From Chitinophagales bacterium (lineage in GTDB: Bacteria > Bacteroidota > Bacteroidia > Chitinophagales > JADIYW01), in contig JAXLTY010000002.1 in assembly GCA_046329815.1 (NCBI GenBank), positions 1,198,750 through 1,262,749 on the forward strand: DNA of 64,000 bases, in the 5' to 3' direction. Positions 26,270 to 35,731 of this stretch are shown piece after piece (position 1 is the first letter of the stretch; each line of letters begins with the position of its first letter). The position numbers and the translations under genes are program-made. The notes under the pieces were generated by a model, which made no database searches, had not been told where the DNA came from, and was given only the letters and a program-made list of their open reading frames with translations.

Positions 26270-27832
26270 ATGCAAAATAAAGCAAAAGTTTTATTAATAA
26301 ATGCACCGGTAGTTTCCGTGATGGAACCATGGTTTGATGCACCAAAATTTGTACGAACTTCATTAGCCATTTTAGCCGCTTATTTAAGAAAATACAGTGA
26401 TGTAGAAATTGTATGTTTAGACGCAAAATTTGAGAAACTGACTTTTAACGAAACCGTAGAACGCGTCAAAAATATTGCTCCTGATATTATTGGATTTACA
26501 GCATTTACCAATGAAATAAAACCGAGTGCCTACTTAGCCGGTTTGATAAAAAAACAATTACCTAATGTTATTACTATTATTGGCGGCGCGCATATTACAG
26601 CAATACCGGTTTCTACCATGAAAGAATTTCCAACGTTCGATTTTGGTGTTTTTGGTGAAGGCGAAATTACTCTAAAAGAATTGATTGACGCCATCATACA
26701 AAATGAACATAATTTTGACACCATTAATGGTGTGGTGTTTCGTAAAGACAATTTAATTATAAAAAATAAAGAACGCGAACGGATTATTGAACAAGACGAA
26801 TTACCAATGCCTGCCTGGGATTTGCTGCCACCTGCAGAAGAATATTACATTCAAACTGTTAGAGGTTGTCCTTTTGCATGCGTATTTTGTTTAAATCATA
26901 ATGGAAAAGTGGCGCGCAAACGTGGTGTGGAAATTACGGTGGAAGAAATGGAATGGCTAATCAATTATGCAAAGCCAAAACGCATTTCATTTGGCGATGA
27001 ATTGTTCAGCATTGATATGAGAAGAACGGAAGAATTACTGGATCTGATGATTGAAAGAAAAATTGGCGAGCGCGTAAAATGGGACATTCAGACGCACGTT
27101 GCTTATGTGAACGATAATTTATTAAAAAAAATGAAAGCAGCGCATATCGATAAATGTGAAATGGGTGTGGAAGCCGGCGATGAAATTGCTTTGAAAAAAA
27201 TGGGAAAAGGCACTAATATTCAAATGATAAAAAAAGCATTTGATGGTGCGAAAAAATATGGCATAAAAACCGGTTCATTCTTATTGCTAGGTCAACCTAA
27301 TGAAACGCATAAATCTATCCTGAATACTATTTTAATTGGTATAAAAATAAATCCTACAGAACCGATTATCGGCACTATGGTTCCGTATCCAGGAACTGAA
27401 GTCGCCAAATTAGCTGCACAAGGCGAAGCCGGTTATCAATTAATTACCACAGATTGGGACGAATACCGAAAACAATTGAACGGTTCATTGGAATTAAAAA
27501 ATATTTCGAGAAGAGCATTAGAATTTTACCAGGTTTTAGGATATGTAATTATTTTTTTAGCAAATTTTAGATTTATAGATTTTGCAAAATTTGTGTATGA
27601 ATATTTTGGCGGTGCGATCTTATTGCTCAAAAAAATGCTGGTTGGAAATAAAAATACAAGTCAAAAAATTAATTATCCAAGTGATTATGATGAGATAATA
27701 AACAGTCCGGGAAAGATCAGTTTGGAAGAAATTATTGATTCCAGAACATACTGGAAAAATGTGCAGCAAGAAGAACTGAAAAGAACGAAAAAGATAAAAC
27801 CAAATTTAATTGATGAACAAATGCCCGTTTGA
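26270..27832 (+). CDS. Class B (cobalamin-binding domain) radical SAM enzyme
   Basis: Has an N-terminal B12-binding-like Rossmann domain (KVLLINAP...PDIIGFTAFT...IIGGAHITAIP) followed by RGCPFACVFC (CX3CX2C). Confidence 0.85.
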   Translation: MQNKAKVLLINAPVVSVMEPWFDAPKFVRTSLAILAAYLRKYSDVEIVCLDAKFEKLTFNETVERVKNIAPDIIGFTAFTNEIKPSAYLAGLIKKQLPNVITIIGGAHITAIPVSTMKEFPTFDFGVFGEGEITLKELIDAIIQNEHNFDTINGVVFRKDNLIIKNKERERIIEQDELPMPAWDLLPPAEEYYIQTVRGCPFACVFCLNHNGKVARKRGVEITVEEMEWLINYAKPKRISFGDELFSIDMRRTEELLDLMIERKIGERVKWDIQTHVAYVNDNLLKKMKAAHIDKCEMGVEAGDEIALKKMGKGTNIQMIKKAFDGAKKYGIKTGSFLLLGQPNETHKSILNTILIGIKINPTEPIIGTMVPYPGTEVAKLAAQGEAGYQLITTDWDEYRKQLNGSLELKNISRRALEFYQVLGYVIIFLANFRFIDFAKFVYEYFGGAILLLKKMLVGNKNTSQKINYPSDYDEIINSPGKISLEEIIDSRTYWKNVQQEELKRTKKIKPNLIDEQMPV

Positions 27833-29314
27833 TCACATATTGATATTCAACAAACGCAACGCGCCTTTTACTTTTGATTTTAACTCGTAAGCCGTAGTTG
27901 TTTTTTTCAAGCTGTTCCAAATATATTTCGGTCGGAAATAAAAGCGTTTATAAGATTCGCGCTGCAAGTCGATCAGTTCTTTTTCCGTCATAAATTCTGT
28001 CCAGTGTTCTACTTTAAAATCAGAATTCAACGGATCCAACGAAAACTTTTCCCATTTTCCGGGTTCTGCCAAACCAATTTTCATGGCATCTTTATGCACT
28101 TGCGTATGCGGATACAAACTCAAAATATTGAACTGCGCATAATCAGGATTTAGCTTAATTAAAAAATCGACATTATCGCGTACATCTTGTTTTGATTTTT
28201 CGTGCGGCAAACCAATCATGTAATTAGCAATTGTTTTTATATTGAGCTCTTTACACCATTCAAAAACGCGTTGTACTTGTGCAATGTTCGTTCCTTTTTT
28301 CAATGTCTTCATACCAATATCAGAACCGGTTTCCACACCAAAAGAAATCATACGCAAACCTGTTTTTTTTGCATATACTAATGATTCTTTGGTAACACCA
28401 TTTACACGACCACGAAAATCCCAAACAATATTGATATTTCTGCGTTCTAATGCAGCACAAAAATCAATTATTTTTTGCGGTGTTATATTGAATAAGTCAT
28501 CGTAAAAATGAAATTCTTTATAACCTAAATCAATACATTCCTGAATTTCATCCATTACTAAATCCAAATTCCGTTGCCGGTAGGTTTTGTAAGGCACATC
28601 ACAAAACGTACATTTATACGGACAGCCGCGTGTTGTGATCATGGTTGCCAGTTTTCCGGTCAAACCAACAATGCTGCTGTAATTGATATGTTTGATATAA
28701 CTTCTGTCAGGTGCCGGAATATCGTCCACATTTTCCACATACGCAGGCGGTACATTCATGTGTGCTAAAAAACGTCTGTCACGAAATTCATGTTCAGCAA
28801 AACGCATAATAGATGCTTTTGTATAAACGCCTAAAATGTTTGTAAAATCGAATTGATTCGCGATACAGTTAATTAATTCTGCAAAAGCATATTCACCTTC
28901 GCCGACTACAATAGAATCGAACTGATCCAACTGAGCTGCTTCATACGCAAACGCAGTCGGATGATGGCCACCTAAACACAGGTGTACATTTGGCATTACT
29001 TTTCTTACTACATCAGCAGACAAAACAACATCAATCATAGAAATGGTGAAGCTGGTAATACCAACAATATCTGGTTGCATTGCAGTAATTCTTTCTTCTA
29101 ATTGCTTGTAAGAAATTTCTTCACCAACACAATCCAGGAAGAAATAATCATGTTCAGGATATTTTTTTTTCGCATACGACAATACATACAAAGCACCTAA
29201 CGGCGGAAAATAACCGTAATCATCGGCTTCGACATAACCTTCGCCTTTTTCATCGGCAAATTCAGGTACTGTATTTTCGTTTGGCGGATTTAGTAAAAGT
29301 ATCTTCATGCTCAA
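27833..29314 (-). CDS. Class B (cobalamin-binding domain) radical SAM enzyme
   Basis: Shows KILLLNPP...PDIVGITSFT...LCLGGHHPTAF followed by TRGCPYKCTFCDV. Its stop abuts the stop of the convergent paralog (tga|tca). Confidence 0.85.
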   Translation of the reverse strand: MSMKILLLNPPNENTVPEFADEKGEGYVEADDYGYFPPLGALYVLSYAKKKYPEHDYFFLDCVGEEISYKQLEERITAMQPDIVGITSFTISMIDVVLSADVVRKVMPNVHLCLGGHHPTAFAYEAAQLDQFDSIVVGEGEYAFAELINCIANQFDFTNILGVYTKASIMRFAEHEFRDRRFLAHMNVPPAYVENVDDIPAPDRSYIKHINYSSIVGLTGKLATMITTRGCPYKCTFCDVPYKTYRQRNLDLVMDEIQECIDLGYKEFHFYDDLFNITPQKIIDFCAALERRNINIVWDFRGRVNGVTKESLVYAKKTGLRMISFGVETGSDIGMKTLKKGTNIAQVQRVFEWCKELNIKTIANYMIGLPHEKSKQDVRDNVDFLIKLNPDYAQFNILSLYPHTQVHKDAMKIGLAEPGKWEKFSLDPLNSDFKVEHWTEFMTEKELIDLQRESYKRFYFRPKYIWNSLKKTTTAYELKSKVKGALRLLNINM

Positions 29315-29440
29315 AATTAATCCTATTCAAATATACATTATAATTCAGTGATACGGTTGTTTTAAGCGAATTAAACACTTTGCCGTTATTCAAAAACTAA
29401 GATATTTATTGTAAATTTATCCAAATTCGACCAGATAAAT

Positions 29441-30769
29441 ATGGATAAAAACAGCACTATTTCTGATTTTGAATCAAAAAGCTATTTGTTGCTGTTTTTT
29501 AGTATTTGTGTTTTCCCATTCGCCTATCTTGCACAATATAATTTGCCGCTTTCTGATGAATTTACAGCAATGTATCTAAGACCCAAAATAGGTTTTATTG
29601 CGTATCAGAAATATCTGCTGCATGCGTGGTCAGGAAGATACTTTGGTAATTTTTTAGAATTCATCTATCCGTTAAAAATCCAACCTGTTTTTTATATTTT
29701 ATCTGTATTTATTACGCTTTTTTTACTTTTTTTTTGCATTCGTCTTTTAGCACGAAAAATAATTTCAGATAGAGAAAATTCAACATTAACAGTATTCCTC
29801 TTTGTGATAATTTTAAATTTTAGTCCGTCTATTGGAGATTTGATTTATTATGTTCCTGCTATTATTATTTACACTGTTTCTTTACTTTTGTTTTTAGTTT
29901 ACATTTGGCTTTTTTTAGCTGAAATAAAGCCAGTTTACAAATTTTCAGTTTTCATTTTATTGAATATCTTATTACTTGGAACTTCCGAATTATTTATACC
30001 AATCATTGCGTTTACATCTGTTTTATTTTTGTTTAAATCCATTCAACAAAAATCAGGAATCGGCATTAGCAGTTTAAATCTAATGATTGTATTGTCTGTT
30101 ATTATTTTTTTAATTCATTCTTCAGGCAATAATAACCGATTTGATGAACAAGGAAATAAGTTTGACTGGGTTTTTGGCATTAATAATTGCATACTGGAGT
30201 TTTTATATTGGACAAAGAAATTCATTTTTGCGTTGCCTGTTTTGGCTTTAATGCTTTTGTTTCTAAAATCAAGAATTTTGCCTGACAGTTTTAATTCCAA
30301 ACTAAGTTTTAATGTCTTGTTATACTTTTTATTTATTTATTTACTGGCCTTTGCACCACTGTTTTTAATAAAACTAAGCATGTACAAAAGATTAGGCAAC
30401 ATCTTTTTATTTCTTTTTTTAATACTTTCAGTTGCAACATTATTAAAGTACCTGCCAAAGCTTAAAATAAATGCTATTTACCAAAGATTATTATTATTTT
30501 TGATTACAATAATTATATTGTTTTCAGGCAATATAAAAGCTGCTTACGAAGATATTTATTTTGGTTACACAAAAAATTATTCGGCTGCATTGATTGAAAG
30601 ATATGACATCCTGGAAAAAAATAAAAATAAAGAACATCTTGAATTGTCAAAAATACCAATTACACGATATATCAATAATATACAAGACGTAAACGATAAA
30701 CCGAGCAACGATTTAATATACGATATGTACAAAAGATACTATAATATTGACAGCATAAGCATCCGATAA
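29441..30769 (+). CDS. Polytopic inner-membrane protein (about 10-12 TM), candidate GT-C-like glycosyltransferase or polymerase
   Basis: Extremely hydrophobic, F/L/I-rich sequence with a ~80-aa soluble C-terminus. It lies in context with Und-P sugar GT2 genes. I recognise no diagnostic motif. Confidence 0.35.
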   Translation: MDKNSTISDFESKSYLLLFFSICVFPFAYLAQYNLPLSDEFTAMYLRPKIGFIAYQKYLLHAWSGRYFGNFLEFIYPLKIQPVFYILSVFITLFLLFFCIRLLARKIISDRENSTLTVFLFVIILNFSPSIGDLIYYVPAIIIYTVSLLLFLVYIWLFLAEIKPVYKFSVFILLNILLLGTSELFIPIIAFTSVLFLFKSIQQKSGIGISSLNLMIVLSVIIFLIHSSGNNNRFDEQGNKFDWVFGINNCILEFLYWTKKFIFALPVLALMLLFLKSRILPDSFNSKLSFNVLLYFLFIYLLAFAPLFLIKLSMYKRLGNIFLFLFLILSVATLLKYLPKLKINAIYQRLLLFLITIIILFSGNIKAAYEDIYFGYTKNYSAALIERYDILEKNKNKEHLELSKIPITRYINNIQDVNDKPSNDLIYDMYKRYYNIDSISIR

Positions 30770-30770
30770 T

Positions 30771-31178
30771 ATGAACAAAGATTTACCTCAACTTATTACC
30801 TACAACTCTATACAACCTTTTGAAGGAAAATCGATTACTGTCAATGAAAAAGAAGCATTGAATATCTTTCCTGTCAAACGTATTTATTGGATAAAATATT
30901 TTGCAGATGAGATTACATACAGTGAACATGCACATAAATCATTACGGCAAATCATTATAGCTATTGAAGGAAAAGTCGATATTCAGTTAAAAAGCATCGA
31001 TGAGGCAACGTATCATTTTACGCTGGATGACAGTTCGAAAGGTTTATATATTCCACCTATGTTCTGGAAAAAAATTGAATATATAAAGCCATGCAACCTG
31101 ATGTGCTTAGCATCTAAAGAATTTGATGAATATGATTACATTCGTAACTACGAAGACTTTAAAAATTTTCAAAAGTAA
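30771..31178 (+). CDS. FdtA/WxcM-like sugar 3,4-ketoisomerase (cupin)
   Basis: Carries VKRIYWI...HAHKSLRQIIIAIEGKV...GLYIPPMFW...DEYDYIR, characteristic of TDP-4-keto-6-deoxyhexose 3,4-isomerases. Confidence 0.7.
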   Translation: MNKDLPQLITYNSIQPFEGKSITVNEKEALNIFPVKRIYWIKYFADEITYSEHAHKSLRQIIIAIEGKVDIQLKSIDEATYHFTLDDSSKGLYIPPMFWKKIEYIKPCNLMCLASKEFDEYDYIRNYEDFKNFQK

Positions 31179-31183
31179 GCAGC

Positions 31184-32008
31184 ATGCGCTTAGCATTAGG
31201 ACAACTATTGGTAGAAGGTGGTGAACCTGAACGTAACTTCGAGCGCGCTGAAAAAATGATTCAGCAAGCTGCTGAACAAAAAGCAGATTTTATATTATTG
31301 CCTGAAACGATTGATTTTGCATGGACACATCCGTCTTCAGTAAATGAAGCACAAACCATTCCCGGAAATTTCAGCGATTTATTTTGTGATTTGGCAAAAA
31401 AATATGCTATTCATATTGGTGTTGGCCTGACAGAAAAAGTACAAACTCATCATTTTAATTCAGCTATTTTAATTAATGAAAAAGGTGAAATATATGGCAA
31501 GCATCACAAAATAAATTTATTAGAAGTTGAGTTTCCTTTTTACAAAATTGGTCAGAAGTTGGAAGTATTTGACACACCTTTTGGCAAGATCGGTTTAAAT
31601 ATTTGTGCTGATAACTATTATGATGCATTACATATCGGACACACATTAGCGCGAATGGGCGCACAAATTATTTTATCACCATCATCGTGGACGGTTGATT
31701 ATCACATTACAGAAAACGATGACCCTTATTACGACAAATGGTTCAAGCCGTTTCATACTTTGGCATCATATTATGATATTATCGTAGCGAGTACAACTAG
31801 CGTTGGTTATATTGTTGGCGGTCCTTATGAAGGCAAAAAAATGATCGGCTGTTCTTTGGTTGTTGGAAAAGATGGTGTCATTGCACAAGGTAAAAAAAAT
31901 GAATTTGCAGGTGATTTAATTATTGTTGATATTGATATACCTGTCAGAAATGAAAAAGGCACGCAAATAGGAAAAATGTTATCACAAAAAGGTTATAAAT
32001 TTGACTGA
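31184..32008 (+). CDS. Carbon-nitrogen hydrolase (nitrilase superfamily)
   Basis: The Glu-Lys-Cys triad contexts are present: LLPETIDF, KHHKINLL and IGLNICADNYY. Confidence 0.8.
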   Translation: MRLALGQLLVEGGEPERNFERAEKMIQQAAEQKADFILLPETIDFAWTHPSSVNEAQTIPGNFSDLFCDLAKKYAIHIGVGLTEKVQTHHFNSAILINEKGEIYGKHHKINLLEVEFPFYKIGQKLEVFDTPFGKIGLNICADNYYDALHIGHTLARMGAQIILSPSSWTVDYHITENDDPYYDKWFKPFHTLASYYDIIVASTTSVGYIVGGPYEGKKMIGCSLVVGKDGVIAQGKKNEFAGDLIIVDIDIPVRNEKGTQIGKMLSQKGYKFD

Positions 32009-32015
32009 ATTTTAC

Positions 32016-33191
32016 ATGCATCCAGCTCCATCAGATAATTTTACAGAATGTACAAGATGTGTACAAGACACAACCGTTCCCGGAATTGAATTTGATAAAA
32101 ATGGCGTTTGTAATTTTTGTCATGGTCATGATGAGTTGTGTAAAATTTTTCCAAATGAAGAACGCGGTCAAAAATTTCTTTCCAACCTTTTCTATAAAAT
32201 TAAAAAAGATGGAAAAGATAAACCGTATGATTGTATAGTTGGTATCAGTGGTGGCCGCGATAGCACTTATTTGTTATGGTGTTGTGTAAAATTATGGAAA
32301 CTTCGTCCTTTGGCAGTTCACTTCAATGATGGTTTCGACAATCCTGTTGCAGGCGAAAATATGCTGAAAGCTGTAGAAAAATTAGGTGTAAAATTAATCA
32401 CGATTACTTCTGACTGGCGCGAAGCAAAAGACCTGAAAATAACTTTTTTAAAAGCATCCACACCGGATTTAAATTTAGGAACTGATATTGGCATTGCTTC
32501 CAGCTTGTATTCAGTTGCGCACAAAGAAAACATCAAACATATCTTAATTGGTCAATCTTTCAGAACAGAAGGCATCAAACCGCTTTCCTGGGCATTTTTT
32601 GATGGTGATTATTTACGAAATGTTCAGCAAAAATTAGGAACCATTGCATTGCGAAAATGGCAGCCAAATGACGCAGGTTTTAATTTTGGTATTAAAGAAT
32701 TATTCTATTATTCAGTTATCAAAAATATCAAGACATACACGCCATTTTATTATTTTCCTTACATCCGAAAAGAAGGGCAAGCTATTATAGAAAAGGAATT
32801 GGATTGGGTTTATCCTGGTGCACATTACTTTGATGATTTGTATCACAGCTTAATAAAATATATTCATCGCGTAAAATTCAATATCGACATGAACATGAAC
32901 AGTGATTCAGGAATGGTGCGTTCTGGTCAGTTAGCAAGGCAAGTTGCATTGCAAAGAAAACATGGAATCTATGCGATTGAAGATCCAAAAGTCATTGACC
33001 TTTGTATTAAACGACTGGCTTTAACAAAAGAAGAATTTGATAGTTATATGCAACTGCCTGTTAAAACATTTCTTGATTACAAAACATCATATCCAATTAT
33101 ACGTTTGATGCGATTACCGATTTATATTTTAAGCCAATTGCATCTGATTCCTAAGATTACTTACTATAAATATTTTATATTTGGGAAATAA
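32016..33191 (+). CDS. N-acetyl sugar amidotransferase (PP-loop ATP pyrophosphatase, WbuX/PseA-like)
   Basis: Has an N-terminal Zn-ribbon (CTRCVQDTTVPGIEFDKNGVCNFC) and the PP-loop ISGGRDSTYL. ATG is at 32016; the track's TTG at 32001 overlaps the upstream stop. Confidence 0.8.
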   Translation: MHPAPSDNFTECTRCVQDTTVPGIEFDKNGVCNFCHGHDELCKIFPNEERGQKFLSNLFYKIKKDGKDKPYDCIVGISGGRDSTYLLWCCVKLWKLRPLAVHFNDGFDNPVAGENMLKAVEKLGVKLITITSDWREAKDLKITFLKASTPDLNLGTDIGIASSLYSVAHKENIKHILIGQSFRTEGIKPLSWAFFDGDYLRNVQQKLGTIALRKWQPNDAGFNFGIKELFYYSVIKNIKTYTPFYYFPYIRKEGQAIIEKELDWVYPGAHYFDDLYHSLIKYIHRVKFNIDMNMNSDSGMVRSGQLARQVALQRKHGIYAIEDPKVIDLCIKRLALTKEEFDSYMQLPVKTFLDYKTSYPIIRLMRLPIYILSQLHLIPKITYYKYFIFGK

Positions 33192-34819
33192 TGTACATAC
33201 TCGGAATTAACGGCGGATTTGGTGGCGGCTATCAGGATGGATGCGCATGCTTATATGCAGATGGAAAAATCATGGCTGCAGTTGAAGAAGAACGCTTAAA
33301 TAAAATAAAATTTTCTACCGGAATTTTTCCTTTGTTGTCGATAAAAGAAGTTTTATCGCTGGCGAATATTTCCATGCAAGATATCAGTATTGTTGCATTT
33401 CATGGCGTGACATGGCAAGGAAATATTGAAGAAGATATTCGTAATTTTTTGTTGCATCATTTTGGTTATTGTCCAACTATAAAACGTTTTCACCATCACA
33501 ACGCGCATGCAGCAAGTAGTTTTTATTTATCCGGTTTTGACGAAGCATTGGTTTTTACAATGGATAATTCCGGCGATGGAATTTCATCGCAAATTATGCT
33601 TGGAAAGAATGGCAAATTAGAATTAGTAAAAAACTGGGAACGACCAATAAGTTTTGGTGCTTTTTATTCTGCTATTACACAATTGGCAGGTTTTAATCGC
33701 GATGCCGATGAATATAAATTAATGGGCCTGGCTCCTTTCGGAAATCCTGACGCTTATGATTTTTCTGATTTTCTGTTTTATACAACAGATGGAAACTATG
33801 AACTGAATAAAAATTATATTTATCCTGTTGAACAAGGGAAATCGTTTCCGAATAAGCAAATTCCATTATACAGTGATGCTCTTTTGCAAAAACTGGAAAT
33901 TGAAAATTCCTGTGCAATCAGAAATACGCAAATTCAAAAAGATTTAGCAGCATCAGCACAAAAACAATTAGAAAAGACAGTTATTGAATGGATCAACTTC
34001 TGGATCAAAAAAACAGGCGTAAAAAATATTTGCCTTGCTGGAGGCGTTGCCATGAATTGTGTATTGAATCAAAAAATTGCTGAAAACACTGAAACAGAAC
34101 AATTATTTATTACACCATTTTCCGGCGATCAGGGTGTGAGTATCGGAAATGCTTTTCTTGCCGGAATTGAAAATAATATTGTACCAAACAACAAAAGTTT
34201 TGCTGCCTACTCAGGAAGATGTTATTCGGTTGAAGAAGTGGAAATCATTTTAGAACAAAATAAAATTTCATTCAGAAAAACAGACAATCATATTGACTTA
34301 GCTGCACGATATATTGCAGATGGAAAAATAATCGGCTGGTTTCAAGGTAACTCTGAAATTGGAGCTCGGGCACTTGGAAACCGCAGCATTTTAGCCAATC
34401 CGGCAATTAAAGGCATGAAAGATAAGATCAATAAATCTATAAAATTCAGAGCATCATTTCGTCCGTTTTGTCCAAGCGTTTTAGAAGAAGATTTTGCTGT
34501 TTATTTTGAATCAAAATTACCTGATTTACCGTATATGAATCGCACGGTAAACTGTAAAGAAATTACTCAAAAAGAGCTGACAGAAATTGTGCACATCGAT
34601 AAAACTGCGCGCATACAAACGGTTTCTTCTGAAAATAATGCTATCTTTCATCAATTATTGATACAACTAAAAAAGCATACTGGTCACGGAGTCGTATTAA
34701 ACACGAGTTTAAATATTCGTAACCAACCGATGGCTTATGATATAAATGATGCGCTGACTGCCTTATTTACAAGCGGTTTGGACGCTTTGTTTATTGAACA
34801 TATTTTGATTGAAAAATAA
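33191..34819 (+). CDS. Carbamoyltransferase (NodU/CmcH/TobZ family)
   Basis: Has the N-terminal ILGINGG...DGCACLYADGKIMAAVEEERLNKIK, which is ASKHA/Kae1-like. The C-terminal YrdC-like half contains GNRSILANP. Confidence 0.85.
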   Translation: MYILGINGGFGGGYQDGCACLYADGKIMAAVEEERLNKIKFSTGIFPLLSIKEVLSLANISMQDISIVAFHGVTWQGNIEEDIRNFLLHHFGYCPTIKRFHHHNAHAASSFYLSGFDEALVFTMDNSGDGISSQIMLGKNGKLELVKNWERPISFGAFYSAITQLAGFNRDADEYKLMGLAPFGNPDAYDFSDFLFYTTDGNYELNKNYIYPVEQGKSFPNKQIPLYSDALLQKLEIENSCAIRNTQIQKDLAASAQKQLEKTVIEWINFWIKKTGVKNICLAGGVAMNCVLNQKIAENTETEQLFITPFSGDQGVSIGNAFLAGIENNIVPNNKSFAAYSGRCYSVEEVEIILEQNKISFRKTDNHIDLAARYIADGKIIGWFQGNSEIGARALGNRSILANPAIKGMKDKINKSIKFRASFRPFCPSVLEEDFAVYFESKLPDLPYMNRTVNCKEITQKELTEIVHIDKTARIQTVSSENNAIFHQLLIQLKKHTGHGVVLNTSLNIRNQPMAYDINDALTALFTSGLDALFIEHILIEK

Positions 34820-35731
34820 ATGCCTGTTTTATCGATTGTCATACCATGTTATAATAGTGCGGAAAATATTGCCGACTTGCAAATTGCATTGGAAGCATTA
34901 GCCAAACAAATCAATAATTATTCTTTGGAAATTATTCTGGTAGATGATGGTTCTAAAGATGATACTTACAATAAATTAATTCAGTTTTCAGAAACAACTG
35001 ATTTAAAAATCATTATTGTAAAATTGACCGGAAATTTTGGTTCGTATAATACTTTCTTAGCCGGTTTGAGTTATGGCACCGGTGATGTCTATGCGCATAT
35101 GCATCCTGATATGCAAGATCCGCCTGAACATTTAGTAGAGATGCTAAATTATTATGAAAAAGGTATAAAGTTTGTAATTGGCCAGCGCGTTGAAAGAGAA
35201 GATAAAAACTTCAACCAGTTGTTTGCGCATTTTTATCATTGGCTGATAAAAAAAATTGGATTGACGCATATTCCTGAAGGTGGTTACGATCTGATTTTAT
35301 TTGACAAAGCATTGCGTAATCATGTTGTCAATATGAATGAAAAGAATGCCAATTTAGTGTATTTAATTTCATGGCTGCAATATCCGTTTGTTACGGTTCC
35401 AATTACACGCATCAGCAGAAAAAAAGGTAAATCACAATGGACATTCAGCAAAAAATCAAAGTTGCTATTTGATTCAATAGTCGCATTTTCTTACACACCA
35501 ATACGTTGGATGACTTATACATCTATGTTTGTGTTCATTGCATCTATAGTATTTTTTATTTACTTATTATTTTCTAACAAGCTATCTATCTATTTAAGTT
35601 TGATTTTATTTTTTGGCAACCTGATATTGATATTTATGAGCATTGTTGGCGAATATTTATGGCGCACATTAGATGCTGCAAGAAACCGTCCGAATTTCGT
35701 TGTTGATAAGGTTCAATCTAATAAATCTTAA
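34820..35731 (+). CDS. Glycosyltransferase family 2, polyprenyl-phosphate sugar transferase type (ArnC/GtrB-like)
   Basis: Shows LSIVIPCYNSAENI, VDDGSKDDT and a DxD-like PDMQDPPE. The tail reads RISRKKGKSQWTF and is followed by two C-terminal TM helices. Confidence 0.8.
   Translation: MPVLSIVIPCYNSAENIADLQIALEALAKQINNYSLEIILVDDGSKDDTYNKLIQFSETTDLKIIIVKLTGNFGSYNTFLAGLSYGTGDVYAHMHPDMQDPPEHLVEMLNYYEKGIKFVIGQRVEREDKNFNQLFAHFYHWLIKKIGLTHIPEGGYDLILFDKALRNHVVNMNEKNANLVYLISWLQYPFVTVPITRISRKKGKSQWTFSKKSKLLFDSIVAFSYTPIRWMTYTSMFVFIASIVFFIYLLFSNKLSIYLSLILFFGNLILIFMSIVGEYLWRTLDAARNRPNFVVDKVQSNKS

Noticed and set aside
15416-29440. RiPP precursor peptide genes in the island's intergenic gaps (15416-15611, 19699-19774, 22086-22325, 26020-26269, 29315-29440)
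   Set aside because: Reading these gaps in all frames gave only 5-12-codon ORFs (for example MDHIILIDNLNY, MNYLKFNRPP). None has a leader/core-like character or Cys/Ser/Thr-rich core. All other gene junctions are too tight to hide one. A canonical in-cluster precursor is therefore not supported, though a trans-encoded one cannot be excluded.
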